A DNA stretch of 64,000 bases from an uncultured bacterium (GCA_963733745.1 CAVTFE010000088.1:79266-143265); one strand, 5' to 3'. Shown: positions 37,149 to 47,587, numbered from the stretch's first letter. Numbers and translations are program-made. Notes: generated by a model not told the origin, from the sequence alone.

Positions 37149-37907
37149 CCACCCCTGACCGCCATTTTTGCCCAGCGCCTCCTTCGTATGGATGGCGGAT
37201 CCGCGGACGTATCCACCTGGGTGCGCTTCAATCTGCCCAAATCCATCGATATGCATGGTGAGTAGGCTTGACAGAAGAACGCCATTTTTTCTGATATTGG
37301 CCAGCGTGCCATCCTATCCAAGCGCAAAGAACCATCTTCTTTTCACCGTTTTGAAGCGTTAGCTGGCGGCAGATCACCATGCGTGTCCAACAATCTATGC
37401 CATAAGCATAGATGCGAGAAAAAAGGCGCATTTGCCCGGCAGGCAACGAGCCATCCCTACTAAGTCAAGGCAGCGTAATAGCGCAAGAAACGCCTAAATT
37501 CCTGGAATAATCCGCATCCACTTCAGTTCGTCCATCGCATGTGAATGAAGCATGGAGCAGAAAGTAAAGTGTGTAGCTGGCTGTAATTTGACGTAAAAAC
37601 CATGACTTACAGGGCGTGATTTCGTGATGGCTCTAGTACCTCTTTCGCGGTGAGGTGGCGCGATCAGATTGCGTTCGGTATGGTCTCCCTCGTTGCCTTG
37701 CACAGGACATCAGAACAGATGTTCGGAATTGACAGGTGGCAAGGCGTGTTGAAGGGGACATGCTCGGAATGCGTAAGACGCGGACACCGGCGGGATAAGG
37801 ACGCCTGCCCAGGACAACTTATGCGCGGCGTTCGCGCCTGCGCGGCGGCTCCAGACATGAGCCACATGAGGGGGCTTCGTGGTGGAGACATTTGGGAGGA
37901 CTATCAC

Positions 37908-38675
37908 TTGCTTTCGACCCTTCGTTCCTGTAGTTCACTTCGTTCATCGCGCGCCCTGCGGGCTGCCGTCATGTTGACGTTCGCTCTGGGGATCACCGCG
38001 CTGCTGATGGGCTTCGCGCCTGCTAAGGGCGCCAGCGCGGCCAGCTTCCGCTACCAGGCGGGCTACTCGCTCCAGAGCGGCTGGCTTTGCTATGGCTGGT
38101 CCAACGGCGCGCTGCATTGCACCCAGCGCTGGCGCCGCGACGCCAGCGGCAAACTGATCTCTGACAATCCCGCCTGGGTGCCCAATGTCGGCGCCACGCC
38201 AACCAGCAACCCTGGCAGCAACCCTGGAGGAAGCCCCAGCGGTGCGCCAGCCCCCAGCTCCAGTGGTGAGCCGTGCCGCTCCAGCGTGTACTTCAACGCG
38301 AAAGCGCCCACGCAATGGCAGATCCCGCCCGGCTGTTACAGCGGCGTCTATCACATCAACCCGGCGAACTACGTGTATCGCTCGGGCTTTGGCTGGTGCA
38401 ACTGGTGGCCTGAGGTCATGAATCCCTCGCGGCCCAATATCCTCTACGGACCATACCAGCACGGAACGACGCCGCGACCGGGCGCTGTCGTGCGCTTCGC
38501 GGGTGGCGTGCAGGGCGCGAGCAGCGCGGGCCATTATGGACGCGTTGTCGCGGTGTATCCCGGCAGCTACTGGTTCCTGATCAGCGAGATGAACTTCTAC
38601 TGGCGCGGCGCGGGCTGGCAAAAGGTGGAATACCGCTATGTCCACACTGGCGCCGGCGTGAGCTTCATCTATTGA
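37908..38675 (+). CDS. secreted CHAP-domain amidase/peptidase, paralog 1
   Basis: TTG 37908 lies 8 nt after GGGAGG. Signal peptide. Conserved N-module ASFRYQAGYSLQSGWLCYGW..HCT. CHAP Cys (FGWCNWW) and His (AGHYGRVVAV). Confidence 0.7.
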   Translation: MLSTLRSCSSLRSSRALRAAVMLTFALGITALLMGFAPAKGASAASFRYQAGYSLQSGWLCYGWSNGALHCTQRWRRDASGKLISDNPAWVPNVGATPTSNPGSNPGGSPSGAPAPSSSGEPCRSSVYFNAKAPTQWQIPPGCYSGVYHINPANYVYRSGFGWCNWWPEVMNPSRPNILYGPYQHGTTPRPGAVVRFAGGVQGASSAGHYGRVVAVYPGSYWFLISEMNFYWRGAGWQKVEYRYVHTGAGVSFIY

Positions 38676-39476
38676 TCTGCTGATCGAGCAATCGCGTCCG
38701 CGCAATCCGAGCGCGCGGTGTCTCCTGACGCAGGTCGTGGTGGACGCCACTCACCGCTTCGTGGGTGGCGTCACGCCCGGCCCTGTCGTTCTCTAGTCGC
38801 CCTCCTCTGAGTCGCAGAAGCGGCTCCTTGGGACATATGCTGATAGCATAGGCGCTGGCGCCTGCACACTTGTTCGCGGCAGACGTTCAAGCGTTCTAAC
38901 ACCCTCGAAACCGGCAAAAGCATACGGGATGCCATATACGGCAAATGCCGAAAAATTACGATAATGTCAGATAGCCCATGGATTATGACACTTTGTTCAT
39001 ATTCGACTCCAATAGGCTTGAAATGCTCACTTTACCGATTACACAACTTCATGCCAGCAACGATGGACAAGATAGTAAACTGGCTAACACTTTTCATAAT
39101 GAATAGCCCAAACACGCTATTAGCCAGTACTTTTGATAGGGCGGATAAGCGCTGAATTGGTCGCGTCAGCGTTTCTCAGGTACCCTCATCGCGTGGCGGT
39201 CGCTCGCTGAGTGATCTGTCATTTCACTACCGCGCCGTCATCGTTTTGATGGCGGTTTTGATTGTGTCTGATGGGTCCATCGGGAAGGACATATCGCGCT
39301 GGGAGATGCCAGAGGAGTGGCGTCGCGACTTCGATCGAGCGCTCATCCGGCGCAGGACGCGTCTGTCGCTCGGCTGGCGAAGCCGCAAGCAATTTACTCG
39401 GCGTCAGGAGACGCCAGCGCCTCCGGATTCGAGTGAATCCCAGGGAGGCGACACAGAGCCAAAGGAGGTCACTACA

Positions 39477-40234
39477 TTGACTCTGTACCATTTCATCACA
39501 CGCACATTCCGCTCATCCCGGTTCGCACGCACAGGCCTCACGCTTGGTGGGGCGCTGGCGCTCGTCCTGGCGATCTCAGCCTTCACGGCTGGACCAGCCC
39601 AGGCGGCGAGCTTTCGTTTCCAGCGGGGCTATTCCGTCCAGCACAGCTGGCTCTGCTATGGCTGGCCCAATGGCGCGCTCCACTGCACAGCGCACTGGCA
39701 TCGCACCGCTTCCGGTAAGCTGGTCTCGGATAATCCCGCCTGGGTACCAAATGTCGGCGGCACGACCAGCAGTGGCAGCGGAAGTGGTGGCAGCGGAGGT
39801 GCGGAGGTGGCGGCGGTGGCAGCGGCTCAGCTCCAGCCGGCGTCAGCCAGTGGGCGATTCCGCCCGGCTACCACTCCTATGCGATGGGTGACTTCGCCGG
39901 TGATCCCAATCATGCGTACTTTGGCGTCTGTACATGGTATGCCTGGGATCGGCGGAAGGATCGTGGGTTGCTAGTCGCAGCCTATCGCTGGGCGACCGAG
40001 GCGCGCGCGCGTGGCATCCCAACAGGGAGCGCTTCGGCGGCAGGCGCGACGGCAGTCTTCCAGCCAGGTGTGCAGGGCGCTGGCGGTGGTGGCCATGTCG
40101 CGCATGTCGAGCGCGTGCTTGGCGGTGGGTGGTTCCTCGTCAGCGAGATGAACTTCTACTTCAACGGCGGTGGCTGGGGCCGCGTGAGCTATCGCTACGC
40201 GCACTCAGGTCCCGGAGTCTCCTTCGTCTATTAG
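39477..40234 (+). pseudogene. CHAP-domain paralog 2 with a frameshift in the Gly/Ser linker
   Basis: TTG 39477 lies 8 nt after AGGAGG. The N-module ASFRFQRGYSVQHSWLCYGW is in one frame. QWAIPPGY..FGVCTWYAW..GGGHVAHVERV is in another. The switch falls inside the GGN-rich run at about 39775-39815. Confidence 0.65.
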
Positions 40235-40367
40235 GCTGCCTACCGTGTAGCCTAAGTCTCCACGCGCGCTTCCCGACCCTGAGTTCCCCTGACGCAAGGG
40301 AGCGAACCTACGGCTCGTCTGGCGAACTCGCCGGGCGGGCCGTTTCTTTTCTACACCTTCGGACCGC

Positions 40368-41219
40368 TCAGTGAGGGATGAGCGGCAGCAACGCAAGCAG
40401 CGCCGCAACATTGTTCAGCGTGTGCAGGAAGATGGAGGGCCAGAGCGACCGCGTCTTGTAGCGCACAATGCCGAGCAGCAAGCCGATCACGACGAGCGGG
40501 GCGAACGAGCCGAGGTCGACATGCGCGACGCCAAAGAGCAACGATGAGACGGCGATGGCGGCCCATATGGGCATGGAGCGTGCGATGCCCGGCAGCAGGA
40601 AACCACGGAAGAAGACTTCCTCGCAGGCCGGCGCGACGAGCGCTCCGGCGAGCAGCAATCCGAGTGTCGTCAGCGGCGCGATCTTGATCTGCTCGGCGAG
40701 GGCATCGGTATTCGTCTGCAGGCCAAGTGGACCCTTCACCACGTCGTAGAGCGCGCTGGCCGCATAGCCCAGAACGCCAGCAATGACGACCCAGAGCGCC
40801 GCCACACTCCAGTTGAATCGCCGGAAGCCCAGCGCACGCAGCGCCTCGACGGCGCTCGATCCCGCCGGGCGTGTTCGCAGCGCGAAGACAAGCGGCGCCA
40901 CCAGGAACGTCGCCTCAAGGATCGCTGTGACGCCGAAGCCAAGCACGCCGCCGATCGCGTCTTGCAACGGGCTGAGCGGTTGAAGTTGTGCGCTGCTGCT
41001 GGGAGTGCGCGAGGATAGCGCGAGTGTCGCCAGCGCGAGCAGCAGCCAGGGTCCGAGCGTCACGCCGACGCCGATCCAGGTTTGCCGTGGTGTCCAGGGG
41101 ACGGCTAGCGCGGCTGCGTCGCCATCTTTCACCGGGCCTGCTGCGCTGGTTGTCGGCGCCACCGGCGCCGACGGATCGTATGAGTCGCGCCAGGGCGCAG
41201 GCTCGGATGGCTGAGTCAT
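40368..41219 (-). CDS. CPBP-family intramembrane glutamic endopeptidase (CAAX protease-like)
   Basis: EEVFFRGFLLP, FGVAHV and HTLNN motifs. Start set at ATG 41219. Confidence 0.85.
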   Translation of the reverse strand: MTQPSEPAPWRDSYDPSAPVAPTTSAAGPVKDGDAAALAVPWTPRQTWIGVGVTLGPWLLLALATLALSSRTPSSSAQLQPLSPLQDAIGGVLGFGVTAILEATFLVAPLVFALRTRPAGSSAVEALRALGFRRFNWSVAALWVVIAGVLGYAASALYDVVKGPLGLQTNTDALAEQIKIAPLTTLGLLLAGALVAPACEEVFFRGFLLPGIARSMPIWAAIAVSSLLFGVAHVDLGSFAPLVVIGLLLGIVRYKTRSLWPSIFLHTLNNVAALLALLPLIPH

Positions 41220-41463
41220 CGGACGCACGCTCCTGACTGGCGCTCTTATCTCAACAAAAAGTAGCGTTGAGAAGATGGCTCTAAGATAGAATACGCCTGG
41301 CGTGTGGCCTGCGTTGCCGCCTTGCGCCATACGCGATCAGGGGCATATAATGCCGTAGACGACCGCCCCCGCTCACCGCGGAGGGAATGACACACGGCGG
41401 GGAGGTCGGGACAAACCCGGCGCATAGCTTTCTTGTTATACCACTGAGAGGCATGGCGTTTAC

Positions 41464-41775
41464 TTGGAATTTACCCTGAGCGAGCATCCAAAAGAGAGTA
41501 TCAACTGGCGGCGGTACCGCAGCGGCTGCCCTCATTATCGCGTGCGCTGGTTCATCGACGCCGATACCGAGGCTGGTGAGCCGCTCTATCAGGTCTACTG
41601 CCTGCAAAACACGCCCGCCGAGACGTGGGAAGAGCAGGAGAAGTGCCTCGTCAGCCGGACGGAATGCTGGCGACACGTCGAGGCGCGCGGCGGGACGGTC
41701 AAGATCCCGATCACCATGGACAGCATCAGGGAAAACACCAAAGCCAGCGCCCGGCGTCGCCAGCCCACCGCCTAG
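41464..41775 (+). CDS. hypothetical Cys-containing small protein
   Basis: 103-aa ORF (TTG start) with GC3-rich, coding-like codons. No family recognised. Confidence 0.45.
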   Translation: MEFTLSEHPKESINWRRYRSGCPHYRVRWFIDADTEAGEPLYQVYCLQNTPAETWEEQEKCLVSRTECWRHVEARGGTVKIPITMDSIRENTKASARRRQPTA

Positions 41776-41810
41776 CCCTCCCGCCTTCATTTCTCTTCGA
41801 TTTACTCCCC

Positions 41811-42293
41811 TTACTCCCCAGCCACAATCCACCGATCGAGCGCGCGCTCGTAGGGCGCCAGTTCATTTGCGGCGAAGAAGAGCCCAACCTCGCGCTCGCC
41901 AGAAGCCACGCTATCCGACCCGTGGACGATGTTCAGCCCGATCTCCAGCCCGTAATCGCCACGGATCGTTCCTGGCGCCGCCGCGCGTGGATTCGTCGCG
42001 CCGATCAGCGTGCGCGTGACGGCGATGGCGTCAGGGCCTTCCAGAGCGCCGACCACGACGGGGCTTGAGGTGATGTGCGCCACCAGCCCTTCGTAGAACG
42101 GCTTGCCCTGGTGTTCGGCGTAATGGCGTTCCGCGAGTTCACGCGGAATCTGCAGCAGCTTCAGCCCGACGATCTTGAGTCCCTTCGCCTCGAAGCGCGC
42201 CAGCGTCGGCCCGATCAACCCGCGCTGCACGCCCTCCGGCTTGACGATGATGAGTGTCCGTTCCACAGCTTGTCTCTCCTCTAAATCTAACAA
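41811..42293 (-). CDS. ndk: nucleoside-diphosphate kinase
   Basis: ERTLIIVKPEGVQRGLIG, NIVHGSDS active-site His region. Confidence 0.95.
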   Translation of the reverse strand: MLDLEERQAVERTLIIVKPEGVQRGLIGPTLARFEAKGLKIVGLKLLQIPRELAERHYAEHQGKPFYEGLVAHITSSPVVVGALEGPDAIAVTRTLIGATNPRAAAPGTIRGDYGLEIGLNIVHGSDSVASGEREVGLFFAANELAPYERALDRWIVAGE

Positions 42294-42301
42294 TGACTGC
42301 G

Positions 42302-42634
42302 CTACCGTGCGCCGGTCTTCACCGCGTGAGTGATCTCCAGCCGGATACGCCCCAGGCTGGTCAGGTCCGAACTGCGCACGACGATGAGCCTGTCGCCGAG
42401 ATCGCCAACCTGCACCGCGCCGCTTGCGGTCTCGAAGATCGCCAGACAGAGCTTATCCGCGCTGAGCTGGCCGGCATAGCGCACGGCGGAGTCGAAGGCA
42501 GCGGCGCCCATCGCGCCCAACGCCTCAGCCTCCTCGCCGTCGATCGTGCTGGAGATAATCGCGCCGTCTCGGCGTGCGATCACCGCCGCGCTGACGCTCT
42601 CAATGGCGAGCAGCCGCTCAAGCAGCGTCTCCAT
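42302..42634 (-). CDS. Roadblock/LC7 (MglB-like) domain protein
   Basis: 110 aa with ...GAIISSTIDGEEAEALGAMGAAAFD... and LIVVRSSD, typical of Roadblock/LC7. Confidence 0.8.
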   Translation of the reverse strand: METLLERLLAIESVSAAVIARRDGAIISSTIDGEEAEALGAMGAAAFDSAVRYAGQLSADKLCLAIFETASGAVQVGDLGDRLIVVRSSDLTSLGRIRLEITHAVKTGAR

Positions 42635-42655
42635 GATCGCCCGTTCTTTCTTGCG

Positions 42656-44557
42656 CTATCCGCGCGACTGCGCCAGTTCGACGGCGCGATTGTACGCCTC
42701 TAGCGCGCCCATGTAGTCGCCTTGCTTGAGCTTCACATCGCCCAGCAGCCGGCGCGCCTCGGGGTGATCTGGCGCAACGCGCAACGCCTCCTCGATCTCC
42801 GCCGCCACATCCGGCAGCAGATCGGGCGCCATCTTGAGCAGGACGCGATACGACGAGAACGCCTCGTCCAGCCGGCCCATCTCGCGCCACTCGCGCGCCT
42901 GCTCCAGCCGCGCGTGGTAATCGCCGCCGTCCCCTGGCGCCGCGTTCGGGTCCACATCCAATGCGCGCGCCGCCGCCTCGCCAGCGGCGATCGAGGCGAG
43001 CATGCCCTGCCCCGCCTCCATTCGCTGGAATCCCGACGAGGCGAGCTCGGCCTCCAGCGTCTCCAGCCCGGTGACGCCATCTGGTCGAGTTGCTCCAGGC
43101 TGCTGCGCCAACTCTTTGACCCGCGCCAGCCGCCCGGTCTCGCTCTCGCCGCCCGGCGTTGGTCCTAGCTCGGCGAACATCGCGCGCAATGCTCCCGCTC
43201 CATTCGGCGGTGGCTCGGCCCGCAGGACAACGTTGGTCTCATCCGTCGTCCCGTTGGGCGCTGCTTGTTGAGGCGGAGACACCTGTGTTCCCTGCGGCTG
43301 CGCGCCCTGCGACTGGAGCCAGTTCACCCAACCCATGGCGTCACGCGCCTCGGCATCCTCCAATGGGATGCCATGCTCGATCAGCGCCGGTGGCACGAAC
43401 TCTTGCGGGCGCGCGGGAGCCGCTGGGGTCAGAGTCGCCTGCGTGGGAGCCGTGGGTGGCGCTTCGGCGACAGGCGGTGTGGGGGCCGGAGGAGCCGTGA
43501 GCGGCGCGGGAGGGATGGGCAGCGTTTGCTTCGGCGGCGGTTTGACACGCGGATACTTATCAGTCGCCTCAAGGGCCTGTGTCGCCATGCGCGTGCGTGT
43601 CTCGTCGTCGGGTCCCCAGAGCATGAACTCCGTCTCGGAGAAGAGACCCTGGAACTCTTCCGGCACCTTGACGCCCAGATCGAGCGATGAAAGGGGGCGC
43701 GCCGCGACATGCGCCGCCAGTTGCGACACCTCGCGCCCAGGCTGTGAGGCGGCGAGAGGACGCGAATTAGCCCGTGGCCGCTGCGCGCGCTCGGTCTTCT
43801 CACCGTTCAGCAGCGCGCGTAGCCCCGCGTCACCTGCCGTGAGCCGGTCGGAGAACAAGGTGTTTCCGATGCGTAGCTCTGGGTCCAGGTCGCGCGCCCG
43901 CAGGGCTTGGCGCAGCGCTTCATCGTCCCGTCCGGCGTCGTAGTGGATTGCCGCCAGCAGCAGCAGCGCCTTCAGGCAGGTTGGCGCGTTGGCCAGGATG
44001 CGTTCGCAGAGCGCCTGCGCCTCGTCTGGCCGCTCCACGCGCCAGAGCGTCTCCGCCAGCCCCACCTGGACTTCCAGTAGGTCCGGCGTCTCCTGCGCCA
44101 GCGACTCCCACTCGCGCAGGGCGTGCGCATTGAGGTCGTTGCGCAGATAGAGCCGCGCCAGCCCCACGCGTGTCGGCTGATAGGCGGCCTGGCCCAGTCG
44201 GTTGGCCAGCTCGGAATAGGTCGAGCGCAAGACCTGGTCTTCCGGGCGCACATCGCAGGCGCGGCGGTACCATTGCAGCGCCGCCTGTGAATCGCCGTGC
44301 ATCTGGTAGACCAGCGCGCGTGCGCACAGGGCGCGGGCGTCCTCTGGATCGCCGGCGAGCACGCGCTCGAGCGCGGCCAGCGCCTCACGTGGCTTGCGTA
44401 GGCTCAGGTACGTCTCGCCGAGGACGCGCTGCACCGAGAGCGCGCGCGGATATTGGGTCTGCGTCTCCTGGCACTGCGCCAGCGCCGACTCGGCGCGTCC
44501 AGCGGCGATCTCGGCCTCAATCGTGCGAAGGCTCTCACCGAGGCTCATCTGCGTCAT
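42656..44557 (-). CDS. TPR-repeat protein with a Pro-rich central linker
   Basis: 633 aa with multiple 34-aa TPR-like repeats at both ends and a low-complexity middle. Confidence 0.8.
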   Translation of the reverse strand: MTQMSLGESLRTIEAEIAAGRAESALAQCQETQTQYPRALSVQRVLGETYLSLRKPREALAALERVLAGDPEDARALCARALVYQMHGDSQAALQWYRRACDVRPEDQVLRSTYSELANRLGQAAYQPTRVGLARLYLRNDLNAHALREWESLAQETPDLLEVQVGLAETLWRVERPDEAQALCERILANAPTCLKALLLLAAIHYDAGRDDEALRQALRARDLDPELRIGNTLFSDRLTAGDAGLRALLNGEKTERAQRPRANSRPLAASQPGREVSQLAAHVAARPLSSLDLGVKVPEEFQGLFSETEFMLWGPDDETRTRMATQALEATDKYPRVKPPPKQTLPIPPAPLTAPPAPTPPVAEAPPTAPTQATLTPAAPARPQEFVPPALIEHGIPLEDAEARDAMGWVNWLQSQGAQPQGTQVSPPQQAAPNGTTDETNVVLRAEPPPNGAGALRAMFAELGPTPGGESETGRLARVKELAQQPGATRPDGVTGLETLEAELASSGFQRMEAGQGMLASIAAGEAAARALDVDPNAAPGDGGDYHARLEQAREWREMGRLDEAFSSYRVLLKMAPDLLPDVAAEIEEALRVAPDHPEARRLLGDVKLKQGDYMGALEAYNRAVELAQSRG

Positions 44558-44992
44558 CCCTGGCTCCCACCTCAGTTAAAGCCGCACACCGGAGATCAGG
44601 AAAAGGCGGAAGTCGCCGGGTATCGAAAGCAACCGGGCATATCACCGCGCATCCCCCGCCATTATCGTGTGTAGCGTTCGTAGCGTCAAGCGCGATAGTC
44701 CCTGCGGTCAGACGCGGTGGTGGCCTGAAGGATGGCTCCGACTGGAAGGTTCATCCGTATACATTCTGCTACATTCCGCGCGGTAAATCTGTGGTTGAGG
44801 TTTGCGTCGTGGAGTATAGTATCCAAAGGCTACCAAAAGGGAAGTGATATCCCTTTCCCGATTTCTTAGCAAAGGACAACGTGATTGACTACCCATATCC
44901 ATAGCGGGCTGAACGCGACAGCCCAGGAGGCGGAAGCGGCGCGGGCCAGCGAGGGCCGGTGGCCGCGCATCTGCGAGAGAGCGCAGACGCCC

Positions 44993-46293
44993 ATGAAGGC
45001 GTCTGGGGAGTTTGCGACCGCGCAGAAGTCGCATGTCGCGATGATGAGCCTGCACACTTCTCCCCTCGCGCCACTTGGGCGCACTCGCGACGCTGGCGGC
45101 ATGAACGTCTATATCCGCGAGCTAGCTCGCGAGCTTGGCCGCGGTGGCGTCGAGATCGATATCTTCACCCGTCGCATTGACTGTGATACCCCCACTATTC
45201 AATATCCCGCCTACGGCGCCCGTCTCATCTCACTCCCCGCCGGACCCGCCACCCTTCTCCCGCCCAGCGAACTCCATCCCTATGTCGCCGAGTTCTCCTG
45301 CCGCCTCGCCCGTTTCGCCGAGCGCGAGCAGCGCTCCTACGATCTTATTCACAGCCACTACTGGCTCTCCGCCGCCGCCGCGCTGCCCCTGGCGCGCGCC
45401 TGGAACGTCCCGCATGTGACGATGTTTCACACCGTCGAGCGCCTCAAGAGCCAGCAGTACGGCGCGCCGGTAAGCGACAGTCCCGCCAGCCAGATGCGCA
45501 TTGAGACGGAGCGACGCATCGCCACGACGGTGGATCGCATCAGCGTCTCGACTGAGCATGAAGGCGAGCAACTGCGCAAGCTCTATGGACTTGCGCCGAG
45601 CCAGTTCCAGATCATCCCTTGCGGTGTTGATCTCGACGCCTTCACGCCAGGGACACTAGCCGAGCGTGCGGCGGCCCGGAGGCGACTCACGCCTGATGGC
45701 AGGCCGATGCTGCTCTTCGTCGGGCGGCTCGACGCCATCAAGGACCTCGACTTACTCCTCGCCAGCGTTGCGCGGATGCGCACGGACGCCGTGCTGCACA
45801 TCGTCCGCGATGCGGCGATCCCGACGGCGATCCCGACGGCGATCCCGAACTCGACCGGCTGCGCGCCCTCGCTGGCGATCTCGGCATCGCGGAGCGCGTG
45901 TGTTTTCCTGGCGCCGTCGCCCAGCGCGACCTGCCCGACTACTATCGCGCCGCCGACGCGCTGGTCGTGACCTCGCGCTACGAGAGCTTCGGGCTGGCCG
46001 CGGTGGAGGCGCTGGCCTCAGGCTTGCCGGTCGTCGCGGCGCAGGTGGGTGGCCTGCCCAGCATCATCACACATGGCGAGAATGGCCTGCTGGTACGCTG
46101 GCGCTGCCCCGAAGCGTTCGCCGAACAACTTGATTTGCTGCTGGAGGATACGGTGTTGCGCGAACGGCTCAGCGGCGCTGCGCGTTCATCAGTCGAACGC
46201 TTCTCCTGGGAGCGCATCGGCGACGAGGTCCGCGCGCTGTATCAGGAACTGACTACCGACGCGTGTCATGCCCTCGCCTGCTCCTGCCATTAG
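44993..46293 (+). pseudogene. GT4-family glycosyltransferase (MshA-like) with one apparent frameshift
   Basis: N-domain VAMMSLHTSPLAPLGRTRDAGGMNVYIREL. C-domain SRYESFGLAAVEALASGLPVVAAQVGGLP is in another frame. The switch is at about 45805-45818, just 5' of the 12-bp repeat. Confidence 0.75.
45814..45849. repeat. 12-bp tandem repeat ggcgatcccgac x3 (GDPD GDPD GDPE)
   Basis: Units at 45814, 45826 and 45838. The last base of unit 3 differs. Confidence 0.9.
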
Positions 46294-46306
46294 CGCCCTG
46301 CGCCGT

Positions 46307-47587
46307 TCAATCCACCAGCAGGACGCGCAGGGTCTCCCGGCGCGCCACCACCGTGAGCTGATCGGCCCCGTCGAGATCGGAGAGCCGGAAGGTGAGGGCG
46401 TCGGCTCCGTCGCGCTCGACTTCTGCCCCCAGACTGCTCATGCAGCGCGGATGGCGCAGGAGGAACTGCCTGGCGCGGGGGTCCGACCAGTACACCAGTT
46501 GATCGACAGATGGAAGACACGTGTCAGGGCCGAGGTCTACGCCACAATAGCGACACGCCATGTGTACCCAGGGGTGCGGAGCGACAAGTGTCGTCGATAT
46601 GTCGGTACCAGTGGTCTGGACGGTGAACAGAGCTGGTCTCCCGCATGAGAGGCAGGCATGTGTTTCGCCTCTAAGGGCCTGGATGACGCGCTCCGACAGC
46701 CCCTGCATTACCCGCTTCCAGGCTGGACGGAATGAGCGCAGCCCAGGGAGCGAGACCAGCCCCATGCTGTGCGCCGTATCTAGCCCAGTGCGCCGCGCGC
46801 AATCGGGGCAACGCAGATGAAGATTCGGCCCGTCCGCGCCGTCAACCTGCACGAAGTAGCCTTCGAGCCGTCGCCGCGCGCAGAGCGGACACCACATGCG
46901 CGTCGCCTGCCATTGCTCCGTCGGAACCTCATCCAGCGCCAGGCCGTACGCCTCCGCCTCGGCGCGCAACGGGCCATTGAGCGCCTGGCGCAGTTGCGCT
47001 CGCGCGCGATGTAAGCGCGTATCCAGCGCGCCCTGCGAGAGGCGTAACTGCGCCGCGACCTCGGCGCGCGGCAGGTCGATCAGATAGGACAACTCGACGG
47101 CTTGGCGTGAGACTTGGGGCAATGCGCCAATTGCGCGATCGAGCAGGCCGGTCAGGTCCCGCTGACTCAGTTCTTCAAATGGGTCGGAGCGCGCTGGCGC
47201 AGGAAGATCGAGCAGCGCGTCGTCGTTCTCTAGACCCACCACCTCGTCCAGTGCGCCAGTCACATGCTGCGCTGGCGCGTAATGAAGCGCATCCTGCTGG
47301 CGCGTGCGATTCACGCGACGGCAGATATTGCGGCAGATCTCGTCAACCCAGGGATGGAAGCCCGCTGGAGAGCGCAGGCGGTCCAGATGGCTCCAGGCTT
47401 CGAGCAGCGTCTCCTGGATTACGTCGTCGATGACCTGCGGCTCCATGCCGCGCGCCCGCGCGATGCGCGCCAGCCGTCTGCGTGTGGCCGACAGGACGCC
47501 GTCCTGATCGGTCAGCAACGCCGACCGCAGCCACTCGCGCTCGCCCGGCAAAGCGCCTGACGCCTCTGTTTGCTCATGCTCCCGCAT
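46307..47587 (-). CDS. ECF sigma factor with a ~230-aa C-terminal extension carrying four CxxC pairs
   Basis: Region 2 (VIQETLLEAWSHLDRL..HPWVDEICRNICRR). Region 4 (SRQAVELSYLIDLPRAEVAAQLRLSQGALDTRLHRAR). Then CPLC, CPDC, CLSC and CRYC. Confidence 0.8.
   Translation of the reverse strand: MREHEQTEASGALPGEREWLRSALLTDQDGVLSATRRRLARIARARGMEPQVIDDVIQETLLEAWSHLDRLRSPAGFHPWVDEICRNICRRVNRTRQQDALHYAPAQHVTGALDEVVGLENDDALLDLPAPARSDPFEELSQRDLTGLLDRAIGALPQVSRQAVELSYLIDLPRAEVAAQLRLSQGALDTRLHRARAQLRQALNGPLRAEAEAYGLALDEVPTEQWQATRMWCPLCARRRLEGYFVQVDGADGPNLHLRCPDCARRTGLDTAHSMGLVSLPGLRSFRPAWKRVMQGLSERVIQALRGETHACLSCGRPALFTVQTTGTDISTTLVAPHPWVHMACRYCGVDLGPDTCLPSVDQLVYWSDPRARQFLLRHPRCMSSLGAEVERDGADALTFRLSDLDGADQLTVVARRETLRVLLVD

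Noticed and set aside
37149-37907. Cyclic-di-AMP (ydaO-type) riboswitch ahead of the CHAP hydrolase genes
   Set aside because: This riboswitch commonly precedes cell-wall hydrolases. I could not find its conserved GGGGACCC / CCGAATCC-type boxes in either leader (37149-37907 or 38676-39476). The question stays open pending a covariance-model search.
41220-41463. Possible structured RNA between the CPBP protease gene and the small Cys-containing ORF (palindrome ggcatataatgcc, GC-rich pairings)
   Set aside because: Only short, individually weak stems are present, with no match to a motif I can name. The TATAAT-containing palindrome may simply be a promoter.
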